A program made the position numbers and the translations under genes. The notes below the pieces were generated by a model. It saw only the letters and a list, made by a program, of their open reading frames with translations. It was not told where the DNA came from and ran no database searches. Shown piece after piece: positions 43,869-51,794 of a stretch of DNA of 64,000 nt (its first letter is position 1; each line of letters begins with the position of its first letter). The DNA is from Escherichia phage HildyBeyeler: sequence record MZ501074, one strand, 5' to 3'.

Positions 43869-44204
43869 ATTTATATAAATTGATGCGAAAATAGCTGCCT
43901 AGATACCAGGTGTATGACGTCTACACTAGCAGAGCTACCGAAAAAGAGATCCCCAGGATAAACGTCGTAGCAAAATTAGTCTGGTATCCATCAATTTAGT
44001 TCACTAAGGTATTAGCTCGACCTAGGACTGGCTGCCAAAAAGCACGATCCCTACGATTCGGGAGAAGTTCTAGATTAGTCCACTAGATTCAGCGGCAACT
44101 GAATAGTGTATTGGGTTTGCGAGATGACGCAGTTCCTTCCGCTCGAAGCGAAGGTGCTGTAGTTACGCCGAGCTAATAGCCTTAGTAAACTAGAAGGAAT
44201 ATCT

Positions 44205-44468
44205 ATGTTTGATCTGAAAGATATGGCTAAAAAGTTAATGTCGCAACGCTATCAACAAAGAACACTCCATAAACGAGTTTCCGATATGAAAAAACGTTGC
44301 AATAATGCTAAATATTATAATAGTCTTAATAAACTATCTGATGCAGATCTTGTTAAAACTGAAGCAATATATAATCACTTAGCAGTAGAGTATGATATAG
44401 TGAATAAAGATATTGCTAGGCTAGAAGCTCAGATTGTAGCAACTGTACTTGACATGTACAGGGAATAA
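44205..44468 (+). CDS. hypothetical protein (87 aa)
   Basis: GAAGGA RBS. Confidence 0.5.
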   Translation: MFDLKDMAKKLMSQRYQQRTLHKRVSDMKKRCNNAKYYNSLNKLSDADLVKTEAIYNHLAVEYDIVNKDIARLEAQIVATVLDMYRE

Positions 44469-44479
44469 ATAAAGAATTT

Positions 44480-44558
44480 GGGGGATGGGTCTGCTGGGAG
44501 TGGACACCTCGCTTGCACCGAGGACATCAGAACGATTCGAATTCGTTATCCTCCACCA
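44480..44558 (+). tRNA. tRNA-Ala (anticodon UGC), CCA encoded
   Basis: Acceptor GGGGGAT/ATCCTCC with G3-U70, anticodon arm CCTCG-CUUGCAC-CGAGG, T-loop TTCGAAT. Confidence 0.7.
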
Positions 44559-44563
44559 AATAC

Positions 44564-44640
44564 GCGTGATTGATGGAATTGGCATACATACCGTCCTTAG
44601 AAGTCGGGTTTTGAGGGTTCGAATCCCTTGTCACGCACCA
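44564..44640 (+). tRNA. tRNA with anticodon UAG (Leu-type) but short variable arm, CCA encoded
   Basis: Acceptor GCGTGAT/GTCACGC, anticodon loop CU-UAG-AA, T-arm GAGGG-TTCGAAT-CCCTT, A73. Confidence 0.55.
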
Positions 44641-44764
44641 AATTTGATGGTCAGAGTAAATTAAACCTACTATCTCGGTTGAGCTGTTTTAATGGGTTCG
44701 AATCCCAGCGAGGCGTAACTGCCTGGTGTGATAGAGGCATCATTCCACTAATATTGGAAAACTA

Positions 44765-44995
44765 ATGAAACGAAAATTAAAAAAATCTTATATAATTAAG
44801 ATAAATAAGCTAAGAAGTAGGGCAAAAGGATGGCCACTTCGGATATTAATTGCGGATAACCATATTAGATACCATGCGGAACAACGTCATTATAAACAGT
44901 GGGAGTCATACTGCCGCTCAAAAGCAGGTCGTTTAGATGGATCTTATGAGTTTCTATTTGGTAAGAAGCCTACTAGAGTAGCTTTAGGTAATTAA
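44765..44995 (+). CDS. hypothetical basic protein (76 aa)
   Basis: ORF track. Confidence 0.4.
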   Translation: MKRKLKKSYIIKINKLRSRAKGWPLRILIADNHIRYHAEQRHYKQWESYCRSKAGRLDGSYEFLFGKKPTRVALGN

Positions 44996-45000
44996 TACTT

Positions 45001-45091
45001 GGAAGAGCAAATCGAATTGGCGACGAAAACCGCTTGGAAAGTGGCTGACCGGTAAAACGGCTTGAGAGTTCAAATCTCTCCTCTTCCGCCA
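45001..45091 (+). tRNA. tRNA-Ser (anticodon GGA), long variable arm, CCA encoded
   Basis: Acceptor GGAAGAG/CTCTTCC, anticodon loop UU-GGA-AA, 18-nt extra arm, T-arm GAGAG-TTCAAAT-CTCTC, G73. Confidence 0.65.
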
Positions 45092-45103
45092 AACAATTTA
45101 TAT

Positions 45104-45198
45104 GGTAGGTCAATCCAACGGCTGGCGCTGGACTCCGACTTGAAATCGGTTGATCGTAGTGATACGGTGTAAGGGTTCGATCCCCTTACCTACCTCCA
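45104..45198 (+). tRNA. tRNA-Ser (anticodon UGA), long variable arm, CCA encoded
   Basis: Acceptor GGTAGGT/ACCTACC, anticodon arm CCGA-CUUGAAA-TCGG, long extra arm, T-arm AAGGG-TTCGATC-CCCTT. Confidence 0.6.
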
Positions 45199-45450
45199 AA
45201 TCTTGAAGTATGCCGGAATCGGTAGACGGGGCTGCCTAAAAGGTTTATAGGGAACATCCACTCCCTGCAACATACCTCATAAAGCGGCTGAGATAAATGG
45301 TCTATCTCGTGAAGGTTCAAGTCCTTCTGCTTCTTGATACATCTATGGCTCAAAGTGTAACGGTGCTATTTGATGCTCTTGGTAAGACTTCCCCGACATG
45401 CGTTCGGGAGTAAGCTGCTAAGACTAGAGTAGAAGAGTTTCTGAGAGCCG

Positions 45451-45568
45451 CCACAATTGAAAATTCGTACTCGTCTTGAGCTGCGTGCAATAGGAGATAA
45501 CTTGATTAGTATTCTAGAACATGCTAATTGAGGATGGTTTCGCTAACCCTGCGAGTTTTCAATTGTGG
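45451..45568 (+). repeat. 13-bp perfect inverted repeat (CCACAATTGAAAA / TTTTCAATTGTGG) enclosing about 92 nt
   Basis: Arms at 45451-63 and 45556-68; the 3' arm runs into the acceptor stem of tRNA-His. Confidence 0.75.
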
Positions 45569-45641
45569 CTATATCATAATTGGTTAATGATCCTGATTGT
45601 GAATCAGGCCTATGTGGATTCGAATTCCACTAGCCACCCCA
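45565..45641 (+). tRNA. tRNA-His (anticodon GUG), CCA encoded
   Basis: Acceptor GTGGCTA/TAGCCAC, D-stem TCAT/ATGA, anticodon arm CCTGA-UUGUGAA-TCAGG, T-loop TTCGAAT. Confidence 0.75.
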
Positions 45642-45666
45642 AATTAACTTAAATAGGAAATAAAAT

Positions 45667-45864
45667 ATGGCTGATTTCTGCAAACAATGCTCCATTGATA
45701 TGTGGGGCAGAGATACTGGTGATCTTTCTGGTTTGATTACAGAAGCCGAAGTCAAAGAAGGTTATGGTGCAGTTGTGGTTTGCGAAGGATGCGGAGTTAT
45801 TCGAGTAGATCATGAAGGCAAACGTTTAGAAGAACCGGAAAATTTAGGAGAAACAAATGAGTAA
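45667..45864 (+). CDS. hypothetical Cys-containing protein (65 aa)
   Basis: ATAGGAAATAAA RBS. Confidence 0.45.
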   Translation: MADFCKQCSIDMWGRDTGDLSGLITEAEVKEGYGAVVVCEGCGVIRVDHEGKRLEEPENLGETNE

Positions 45865-46093
45865 TGCTTTAATTAGTGAAATTATGTTAACACGTCTTGC
45901 AGAACTGCAAACTCTTCGAGATGAATCTCAGAATAACTTATCCTACCATAAACAGATGGTAGATACTCTTACTACTCGTATTGAAACTTACGAGCGTGAT
46001 ATTGCAGCATTACAAGCTCTTTTCTCCGTATCAGCACCAGATACGTTAGAACAGCCTGCTGTATCTCAGCCAGTAGAGACAGCATCTAGTTAA
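45857..46093 (+). CDS. hypothetical protein (78 aa)
   Basis: GGAG RBS; coupled to the upstream ORF. Confidence 0.45.
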   Translation: MSNALISEIMLTRLAELQTLRDESQNNLSYHKQMVDTLTTRIETYERDIAALQALFSVSAPDTLEQPAVSQPVETASS

Positions 46094-46102
46094 TAGCATT
46101 TT

Positions 46103-46178
46103 TGGAGTGTAGATCAATTGGCAGATCGTCGGCCTCTGACTCCGAAGGTTCCTGGTTCGATCCCAGGCACTCCAGCCA
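46103..46178 (+). tRNA. tRNA-Gln (anticodon CUG), CCA encoded
   Basis: Acceptor TGGAGTG/CACTCCA, D-stem GATC/GATC, anticodon loop CU-CUG-AC, T-arm CCTGG-TTCGATC-CCAGG. Confidence 0.7.
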
Positions 46179-46184
46179 AATAAT

Positions 46185-46260
46185 TGGAGAGTAGTGTAAC
46201 GGTTAGCACAACGGCCTTTGACTCCGTTAATGGTAGGTTCGATTCCTCCTTCTCCAGCCA
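46185..46260 (+). tRNA. tRNA-Gln (anticodon UUG), CCA encoded
   Basis: Acceptor TGGAGAG/TTCTCCA, D-stem GTGT/GCAC, anticodon loop CU-UUG-AC, T-loop TTCGATT. Confidence 0.7.
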
Positions 46261-46267
46261 AAATAAT

Positions 46268-46342
46268 GCGTGATTAGTTCAGTGGCTAGAACAACTGGCT
46301 TCCAACCAGTAGACACGAGTTCGACTCTCGTATCCCGCACCA
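46268..46342 (+). tRNA. tRNA-Gly (anticodon UCC), CCA encoded
   Basis: Acceptor GCGTGAT/ATCCCGC (one mismatch), D-stem GTTC/GAAC, anticodon arm ACTGG-CUUCCAA-CCAGT, T-arm ACGAG-TTCGACT-CTCGT. Confidence 0.7.
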
Positions 46343-46356
46343 AATAAGGAATCTCT

Positions 46357-46608
46357 ATGCACGTTTTTGAGTTTCGTAATAAAAGTACCAATAAACGAGT
46401 TATTGTTATTGGGGAAACATATCGAGCATATGAACAAACTGACGGCTCTGTTATCTTGAATGATGAGAAAGGGGGTTTTAGCTTTTATCCAGAAGAACCT
46501 TATGAAGAGTTTCGAAAACAATTTAACCTAGACTGGAGAAAGCATTTAAACACTGTTGCTTCATCTGTAGTACTGCCAACTACCAGTACTGTACTATCTA
46601 ATGGCTGA
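46357..46608 (+). CDS. hypothetical protein (83 aa)
   Basis: AAGGAAT RBS. Confidence 0.5.
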   Translation: MHVFEFRNKSTNKRVIVIGETYRAYEQTDGSVILNDEKGGFSFYPEEPYEEFRKQFNLDWRKHLNTVASSVVLPTTSTVLSNG

Positions 46609-46765
46609 TAACCTAAAAGTCAAGATCGACAAACAAAAGAAACGTGTAGAAGTAGAGATTGGTGAAGAACGTGTAGCCTTCACCTTTGAATTTCTACAAC
46701 AAATGGCAATGACAGTTATGACTGATAAGTCTCCTGTTATTGAAAAAGAAATCCCGTTGAAATAA
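46601..46765 (+). CDS. hypothetical small protein (54 aa)
   Basis: ATG overlaps the upstream stop (ATGGCTGA); hairpin follows; below the ORF-track cutoff. Confidence 0.4.
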   Translation: MADNLKVKIDKQKKRVEVEIGEERVAFTFEFLQQMAMTVMTDKSPVIEKEIPLK

Positions 46766-46773
46766 CGGGTTCT

Positions 46774-46860
46774 GCTGGGTTGGCAGAATGGTTGAATGCA
46801 CCTGATTTGTAATCAGGAGGAGTAATCCCGTTGCAGGTTCGAATCCTGTGCCCAGCACCA
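46774..46860 (+). tRNA. tRNA with anticodon UGU (Thr-type) but a long variable arm, CCA encoded
   Basis: Acceptor GCTGGGT/GCCCAGC, 3-bp D-stem, anticodon arm CCTGA-UUUGUAA-TCAGG, 15-nt extra arm with GTAA loop, T-arm GCAGG-TTCGAAT-CCTGT, A73. Confidence 0.55.
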
Positions 46861-46874
46861 ATTTAAGGACTATT

Positions 46875-47042
46875 ATGTTTAAACTGTTAGTAGTTATCTG
46901 GTATAGTCAATCAAATAGAGCGAATACCTCCCACGTTATAGACTTTACTACTAAAAATGAAGCTGAAAAAGCATATGCTAATTTAATAGAACGCAATAAA
47001 GAATCTCGTAGTATAGTTTATGAAGTGACTAAACTTTATTAA
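46875..47042 (+). CDS. hypothetical small membrane protein (~55 aa)
   Basis: AAGGA RBS before the ATG at 46875; the track ORF began inside the preceding tRNA. Confidence 0.45.
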   Translation: MFKLLVVIWYSQSNRANTSHVIDFTTKNEAEKAYANLIERNKESRSIVYEVTKLY

Positions 47043-47050
47043 AAATTCAT

Positions 47051-47079
47051 TTGCTTTCCCTCTTATTTATTGTTATAAT
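47051..47079 (+). promoter_or_regulatory. sigma70 promoter (TTGCTT, 17 bp, TATAAT)
   Basis: Hexamers plus ATTTATATAAATTAATGAGAGGG box. Confidence 0.7.
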
Positions 47080-47109
47080 ATTTATATAAATTAATGAGAG
47101 GGAAACCAA

Positions 47110-47400
47110 ATGAAACGTTATCTTTCTGTTATGTTCCAAACCGGCGGCCAAAGATACACCTATGAATTTCCACCTTCCTGGAAAATCAGGGAAGGTGATC
47201 AAATAGTTGTGTTGACACCGCGTGAAGAATATAAAGTAGTGACGGTTAAACAAGTATTTCCAAAAGATCATGAACCAGCTATAGGCATCCGATATAAGAT
47301 GATTCATGGCGTGGTTCGTCAAGTACCACGAACTGAGGTAGAAGTAGATAATACTGGAGAAACTAAATTCCATTATACTTCTTACTTAGACAGTGTGTGA
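47110..47400 (+). CDS. hypothetical protein (96 aa)
   Basis: Promoter 47051-47079 and GAGAGGG RBS. Confidence 0.55.
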   Translation: MKRYLSVMFQTGGQRYTYEFPPSWKIREGDQIVVLTPREEYKVVTVKQVFPKDHEPAIGIRYKMIHGVVRQVPRTEVEVDNTGETKFHYTSYLDSV

Positions 47401-47415
47401 TGTAAATATTTTAAT

Positions 47416-47491
47416 GCTTCGGTAGCTTAGCGATCTAAAGCACTCGGCTGATAACCGAGAGATCAGGGGTTTAAATCCCTCCCGGAGTACC
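47416..47491 (+). tRNA. tRNA-Ile (anticodon GAU), CCA encoded
   Basis: Acceptor GCTTCGG/CCGGAGT, D-stem GCTT/AAGC, anticodon arm CTCGG-CUGAUAA-CCGAG, T-loop TTTAAAT. Confidence 0.7.
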
Positions 47492-47510
47492 AAATCTAGG
47501 AATTAAGACT

Positions 47511-47594
47511 ATGCGTCCAGGAAAGTTTAAAAAAGCTAGTTGGTCTAAAGAGTACAAAGAATACTTACTTAGCCTAGTAAAACGTAATAGTTAG
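47511..47594 (+). CDS. hypothetical small peptide (27 aa) between tRNA-Ile and tRNA-Met
   Basis: AGGA RBS; 3' end overlaps the tRNA-Met 5' end by 2 nt. Confidence 0.25.
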   Translation: MRPGKFKKASWSKEYKEYLLSLVKRNS

Positions 47595-47664
47595 TTGGCA
47601 GAGTGGTTATGCGCCTCCTTCATACGGAGCGACTACAGTGGTTCAAATCCACTACTAACTACCA
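47593..47664 (+). tRNA. tRNA-Met or Ile2 (anticodon CAU), CCA encoded
   Basis: Acceptor AGTTGGC/ACTAACT (one mismatch), anticodon loop UU-CAU-AC, T-arm AGTGG-TTCAAAT-CCACT; short D-arm. Confidence 0.55.
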
Positions 47665-47677
47665 AACAGGAGATCTA

Positions 47678-48046
47678 ATGAAAGCGTATCAAAATCTTAA
47701 ATCTGGCGTAATTAATATTGTTCATAATAATCAGATTATTCAACTGTACTCTAAAGATGGTGAACTTAAACAAAAGGTTCTAGTTGAAGATCTAGATGGT
47801 ATCACACCTCATTTTGACCCAGAATCCTTTCGTGAAGTCAAAGTGGAAGTCGCCCCTCAAATTGAAGGTGGTCAACACCTAAATGTCAATGTGTTAAGTC
47901 GTGATCAGCTTTTGGATGCGCAGAAACATCCTGAAAAATACCCTCAATTAACTATCCGTGTTTCAGGGTACGCTGTGCGTTTTAACGCACTGACGCGTGA
48001 ACAGCAGAACGACGTTATTAGTCGTACATTTACTCAGGCGATGTAA
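47678..48046 (+). CDS. grcA: autonomous glycyl-radical cofactor (GrcA/YfiD-like), ~122 aa
   Basis: C-terminal glycyl-radical motif [31 protein letters not shown]; AGGAG RBS before 47678. Confidence 0.75.
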   Translation: MKAYQNLKSGVINIVHNNQIIQLYSKDGELKQKVLVEDLDGITPHFDPESFREVKVEVAPQIEGGQHLNVNVLSRDQLLDAQKHPEKYPQLTIRVSGYAVRFNALTREQQNDVISRTFTQAM

Positions 48047-48127
48047 TGGGGCTTGGATACGGTTTCTACGAACTACGTAAGGTAGTCGAGCAAACTCCAT
48101 TTATCTCCCAAGTTTTAGGAGAAATGT

Positions 48128-48442
48128 GTGGATCGAGCATTAAGACGTCATCACCGGCAACGTGTAAAGAACAACCGCAAGAAGTATTGGACAGTCTTCC
48201 CACATGAAGAAAGCCCTAAACGGTTAGGTATTATCACTACTACTCCTTGTATCTGTTCTTGTTGGATGTGCGGGAACCCTCGCAAACACTTTAAGAATAG
48301 TAAAGCAGGGATGAAAACCTCGGAGATTAGGAAAATGGAAGCAATGATTACGGATATTTCAAATGATGAATTTGATGGCTTCGTAGGATTCGGGGAAGAT
48401 ATTAGCTCGGACTGTTTCGAAGATGAGCTCCCAGGTCTATGA
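48128..48442 (+). CDS. hypothetical Cys-rich protein (104 aa), GTG start
   Basis: AGGAG RBS 7 nt before the GTG; terminator follows. Confidence 0.45.
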   Translation: MDRALRRHHRQRVKNNRKKYWTVFPHEESPKRLGIITTTPCICSCWMCGNPRKHFKNSKAGMKTSEIRKMEAMITDISNDEFDGFVGFGEDISSDCFEDELPGL

Positions 48443-48450
48443 TTAATAAC

Positions 48451-48488
48451 AAACCCCAGCTATTGAATAAGTAGTCTGGGGTTTTTCT
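48451..48488 (+). terminator. intrinsic terminator
   Basis: AACCCCAG...CTGGGGTT stem followed by TTTCTG. Confidence 0.6.
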
Positions 48489-48563
48489 GTATACAGGTAG
48501 ATAATTTATGTATAATAAAATTCATCCACATTAGGTTAATTCAAAAGACTTAATGGAGGTAAT

Positions 48564-48911
48564 ATGAGCCGTACTTATCGTAGACAAACTGGTGATCAGT
48601 GGTGGAAGTCTAAAGCTAATTACACCCAGGGATATACTTTCCTCAAAGCAAGTGACTACTACATTCGTGTTACTTATGCTAAATCCTGGGATGAGGTAGA
48701 ACAGGAAATGGAAGAAGCAACCATTCGTAATGAGAAAAAGGATGGTTATAGCTGGAATTCTGTTAGTAAGAATGTTAAGTGGCATTCTAATAAAATGGTT
48801 CGTCAAGGAAATCGTCAAGAACTCCACCGCGTGATGAAAGACCCAGAAAATTACGACTATAATCGCGATCATGACATGCGTAAGCGTGGGTTACGGTGGT
48901 GCTATGACTAA
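48564..48911 (+). CDS. hypothetical protein (115 aa)
   Basis: GGAGG RBS. Confidence 0.5.
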   Translation: MSRTYRRQTGDQWWKSKANYTQGYTFLKASDYYIRVTYAKSWDEVEQEMEEATIRNEKKDGYSWNSVSKNVKWHSNKMVRQGNRQELHRVMKDPENYDYNRDHDMRKRGLRWCYD

Positions 48912-48928
48912 ATTCTGAAATAATTCAT

Positions 48929-48957
48929 TTGCTAAACCTCTCTTTTCTTGCTATAAT
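48929..48957 (+). promoter_or_regulatory. sigma70 promoter (TTGCTA, 17 bp, TATAAT)
   Basis: Hexamers plus ATTTATAAATTGATGAGAGAGG box. Confidence 0.7.
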
Positions 48958-48987
48958 ATATTTATAAATTGATGAGAGAGGTTTGAA

Positions 48988-49269
48988 ATGAAAACTCGTC
49001 TAGACTGTGCTGTTCATGTTCTTGAACATGATGTTGTGGGAACCTGTATGTCTTATCACGAAGCAGGTCGTTTAATTAAAGAACGTGTGGCAGATGTATG
49101 TGGGTTGAAGATTACTGCTGAGGAAGCTGATGATCTTCTAGACCAGGCACTGGGGAAAACAGAAATATTCCTCTGCGATTCCTGCTCCTGGTGGTGTGAA
49201 GCTCACGAACATTCCTTCAACGATTATGATGTATGCCGTGACTGTAATGAGGGGGACCATGATGAATAA
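48988..49269 (+). CDS. hypothetical Cys-rich protein (93 aa)
   Basis: Promoter 48929-48957 and GAGAGAGG RBS. Confidence 0.5.
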   Translation: MKTRLDCAVHVLEHDVVGTCMSYHEAGRLIKERVADVCGLKITAEEADDLLDQALGKTEIFLCDSCSWWCEAHEHSFNDYDVCRDCNEGDHDE

Positions 49270-49561
49270 GTTTATTGTTGCACTGATGGTTTCAGCAGTT
49301 AGTTTCGGTTCTCTAGCATCTACCAAAGTTTTTATGAAAAACGGTAATGTTAGGGTACAACAGAATGGTATTATTACCGAGTATGGTAAAGTGCGTGATA
49401 TTAAAGAACGTAATGGCAAAGTAGAAATATATACTAATAAAAACTTCTCTACTCCAGCCGTTACTGTTAGCAAACGCGGTGAAATAACCACTCAACGTAC
49501 TAATAGCTCTAGTTCTTTTACTTGTCGTTATGATTGCGACTTTGAAGGTGAAGATGAATAA
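49258..49561 (+). CDS. hypothetical secreted protein (~100 aa)
   Basis: Signal-peptide-like MMNKFIVALMVSAVSFGSLAS; start overlaps the upstream stop. Confidence 0.45.
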
Positions 49562-49904
49562 TTTAGATCCTAGAATTAAATTTGCAATTACAGAAATCCA
49601 AGATCAAATTGATGAAGACTTCACTGTTTGGTCAAGGTCCGGTAACGGGGAATACTGCCAGCTTTATAGCATGAAAATGGGTATCTCAATTGAGCTTAAT
49701 ATCAACTCTGAAGGTAGAGTAGAAGCCCAACCCATGTTCAGTGTTCCAGGCTTCTCTGGATTTGTTGCAGGTATGAAATTGTGTCTACCAAATAACCATC
49801 TTCATCGAGTTATTTGTCAACTAGAGACTATTAAACACTTCTTGCCAGAAGGTAATATTAATGACTACTACCATGAAGTTGTAGCAGCTCATATGATGAA
49901 ATAA
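49554..49904 (+). CDS. hypothetical protein (~116 aa)
   Basis: GAAGG RBS; ATG overlaps the upstream stop (ATGAATAA). Confidence 0.45.
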   Translation: MNNLDPRIKFAITEIQDQIDEDFTVWSRSGNGEYCQLYSMKMGISIELNINSEGRVEAQPMFSVPGFSGFVAGMKLCLPNNHLHRVICQLETIKHFLPEGNINDYYHEVVAAHMMK

Positions 49905-49926
49905 TGCAAACGTCGGAGAGAAGAAC

Positions 49927-50223
49927 GTGAAAAGACTAAACATCAACAGCACAGTGCAGATTCCAGCAACTAAGGATATTTTAACCTTCCTACGGAGTGA
50001 AAACGCTCAGTTTTGGCATGATCATGTTGTAAAGAACGGTAGTACTCCAGATGTAGTTGCCTTTGCTAAAAAACGTATCGAGGAGTACAAAGATCCAGAG
50101 ATTAAAGATGGTATGATTACTATGCAGTTGTGGGTAGCTATGCAAACCTTTGGCCCCACCATGTGTTTAGGAAATACTCCATTATTTACAAATATTTTAA
50201 TTAATGAAAAGGATTTGAAATGA
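49927..50223 (+). CDS. hypothetical protein (98 aa)
   Basis: ORF track. Confidence 0.45.
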   Translation: MKRLNINSTVQIPATKDILTFLRSENAQFWHDHVVKNGSTPDVVAFAKKRIEEYKDPEIKDGMITMQLWVAMQTFGPTMCLGNTPLFTNILINEKDLK

Positions 50224-50504
50224 TTGTTTCTCCATTTGCTCTTTGGTTCGTCATTGGGTCTATAGTTGCTATTTATAGTCTAATAGATGATTTATTCATC
50301 TCCAAGAATAAAGATGTGTTCTTATATGTTGCACACAAAACACGCCCATCAGACCTAGCACCTCTTGATGATAAAACGCTACTAAGATGTGCTAGAGCTG
50401 CAATATTTATTATGGATATTCTGCTAGGACCAGCATCTGTATTTTTCTATTACCGAAAAACTCGTAATATGAAAAAATTTAAAGCAGAAATGCAGAATAA
50501 CTAA
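50220..50504 (+). CDS. hypothetical membrane protein (94 aa)
   Basis: Hydrophobic N-terminus; ATGA start/stop overlap. Confidence 0.45.
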   Translation: MIVSPFALWFVIGSIVAIYSLIDDLFISKNKDVFLYVAHKTRPSDLAPLDDKTLLRCARAAIFIMDILLGPASVFFYYRKTRNMKKFKAEMQNN

Positions 50505-50614
50505 AGAACTCGCGTAGGACCGAGTTGCGTCACCTGCAACTGTTACGGATAAGGGAGTCGTGCCCCTTAGTGCGGTAAGTGGTGAGTTGGTCGCTGACCC
50601 TAACTGGAGATGAT

Positions 50615-50959
50615 ATGACTATATTACTAATTCTTGTTACTACCTGGTTTTTAATCGGTGCTGGATATGCAATAGCTATTATTAGACATTTGGATGAACA
50701 TTCTGCTGAATGGTTTGTTAAATATCTACGTATAGACAACAAGGATCACGAGTTTAAAGATGAAAAGCAGAAAAAAGCAGTTGAAGAAATGACAGGCGAA
50801 GAATGTTTATTCTATATGCGTGCAATAGGATTCTTAGGATTATTTAGTGCTGGCCCACTAGGTTTTACCATAGCTCCTTATAAAGAAACAGTAGACGATA
50901 TTAAGTTATGGAGAAATGCAGGGGTACTACGCAAAGCTAGAGAAACTAATATTACATAA
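50615..50959 (+). CDS. hypothetical membrane protein (~114 aa)
   Basis: GGAGA RBS before the ATG at 50615; two predicted TM helices. Confidence 0.45.
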   Translation: MTILLILVTTWFLIGAGYAIAIIRHLDEHSAEWFVKYLRIDNKDHEFKDEKQKKAVEEMTGEECLFYMRAIGFLGLFSAGPLGFTIAPYKETVDDIKLWRNAGVLRKARETNIT

Positions 50960-51003
50960 GATTGACACTAAGTCAGCTTACTAGCAAAAGCAAATAATGA
51001 CAA

Positions 51004-51038
51004 AGCCCAGCCTGCACTTTTGCAACTGGGCTATTTTT
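51004..51038 (+). terminator. intrinsic terminator
   Basis: AGCCCAG...CTGGGCT stem followed by ATTTTTAT. Confidence 0.6.
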
Positions 51039-51053
51039 ATAATAAAATTTTAG

Positions 51054-51082
51054 TTGCTTAGATGCCCAAACTTTTGTATAAT
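51054..51082 (+). promoter_or_regulatory. sigma70 promoter (TTGCTT, 17 bp, TATAAT)
   Basis: Follows terminator 51004-51038; downstream GTTTATAGATTGAGG box. Confidence 0.7.
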
Positions 51083-51113
51083 ATGTTTATAGATTGAGGC
51101 AAGAGGATTAAAT

Positions 51114-51794
51114 ATGAGGATTATTTCTAAGTTCGCCGATGTGTATGATCTGCAGAACAGTTTGTTTGACCCAGATCGTGTGTGGGAACGTAAAACTGAA
51201 GAGCTAACAATAAAAGCCCCAGATGATGACAACTATACGATCATGCAAGAACGTAGGATTGCTCGTATTGAGGGAAAGATTGGTTACTTTAAAATTTTGC
51301 CTTTCTTCCTAGCTGGGGAGATTTACTGGTTATACCACATTGATGTACTGGATACCCAAGTAAAAACCTTCAGTTTGGACGAGGCGTTAGAAATTTTGGA
51401 GGAGAAGGGATGGTCAACAGGGTTTTCTTTGCTAGACATAAATAGGGGGAAGCCAAAAGAGTCTATCTTAGCATGGCAAGAAGAAGTTACCCCCAAAGCT
51501 AAAGAAGCCTTAACTGAGTTAAGAGTACCCTTAGCAATTCTAGACTCAGTAGTTCCAAATGATAAAGATAACAATAAATACTTCAAGGTTATAACTAATC
51601 CACGCCTACACCTATCAGGAATACCGTGGCAGAGTGTGGAACCTAACTTATATCGACTGCACCAAAGAATCGAGCAGTATATTTGGGGTGTACTAGGAAC
51701 TGGTGAGCCTGATATGATTACTGTGTCAGATAAAGACCGCCTAGCAGCACATGGATTTGATACGGTTACGTCATTCAGGAATATGAAAAGATGA
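51114..51794 (+). CDS. hypothetical protein (226 aa)
   Basis: Promoter 51054-51082 and GAGGA RBS. Confidence 0.55.
   Translation: MRIISKFADVYDLQNSLFDPDRVWERKTEELTIKAPDDDNYTIMQERRIARIEGKIGYFKILPFFLAGEIYWLYHIDVLDTQVKTFSLDEALEILEEKGWSTGFSLLDINRGKPKESILAWQEEVTPKAKEALTELRVPLAILDSVVPNDKDNNKYFKVITNPRLHLSGIPWQSVEPNLYRLHQRIEQYIWGVLGTGEPDMITVSDKDRLAAHGFDTVTSFRNMKR

Noticed and set aside
44690-44730. A tRNA at the ATGGG-TTCGAAT-CCCAG hairpin
   Set aside because: No complementary 5' acceptor strand or anticodon arm lies within 100 nt upstream. It is followed by a second small hairpin and is treated as an orphan T-arm-like hairpin.
46046-46521. Minus-strand ORFs 46046-46261 and 46279-46521
   Set aside because: They are antisense to three consecutive tRNA genes (Gln, Gln, Gly) and a plus-strand CDS; an artefact of tRNA sequence.
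36217-47700. CRISPR array suggested by the recurring GGTTCGAATCC-like motif
   Set aside because: The repeats are T-arms of individual tRNA genes, with variable spacing and cloverleaf context, not direct repeats with spacers.
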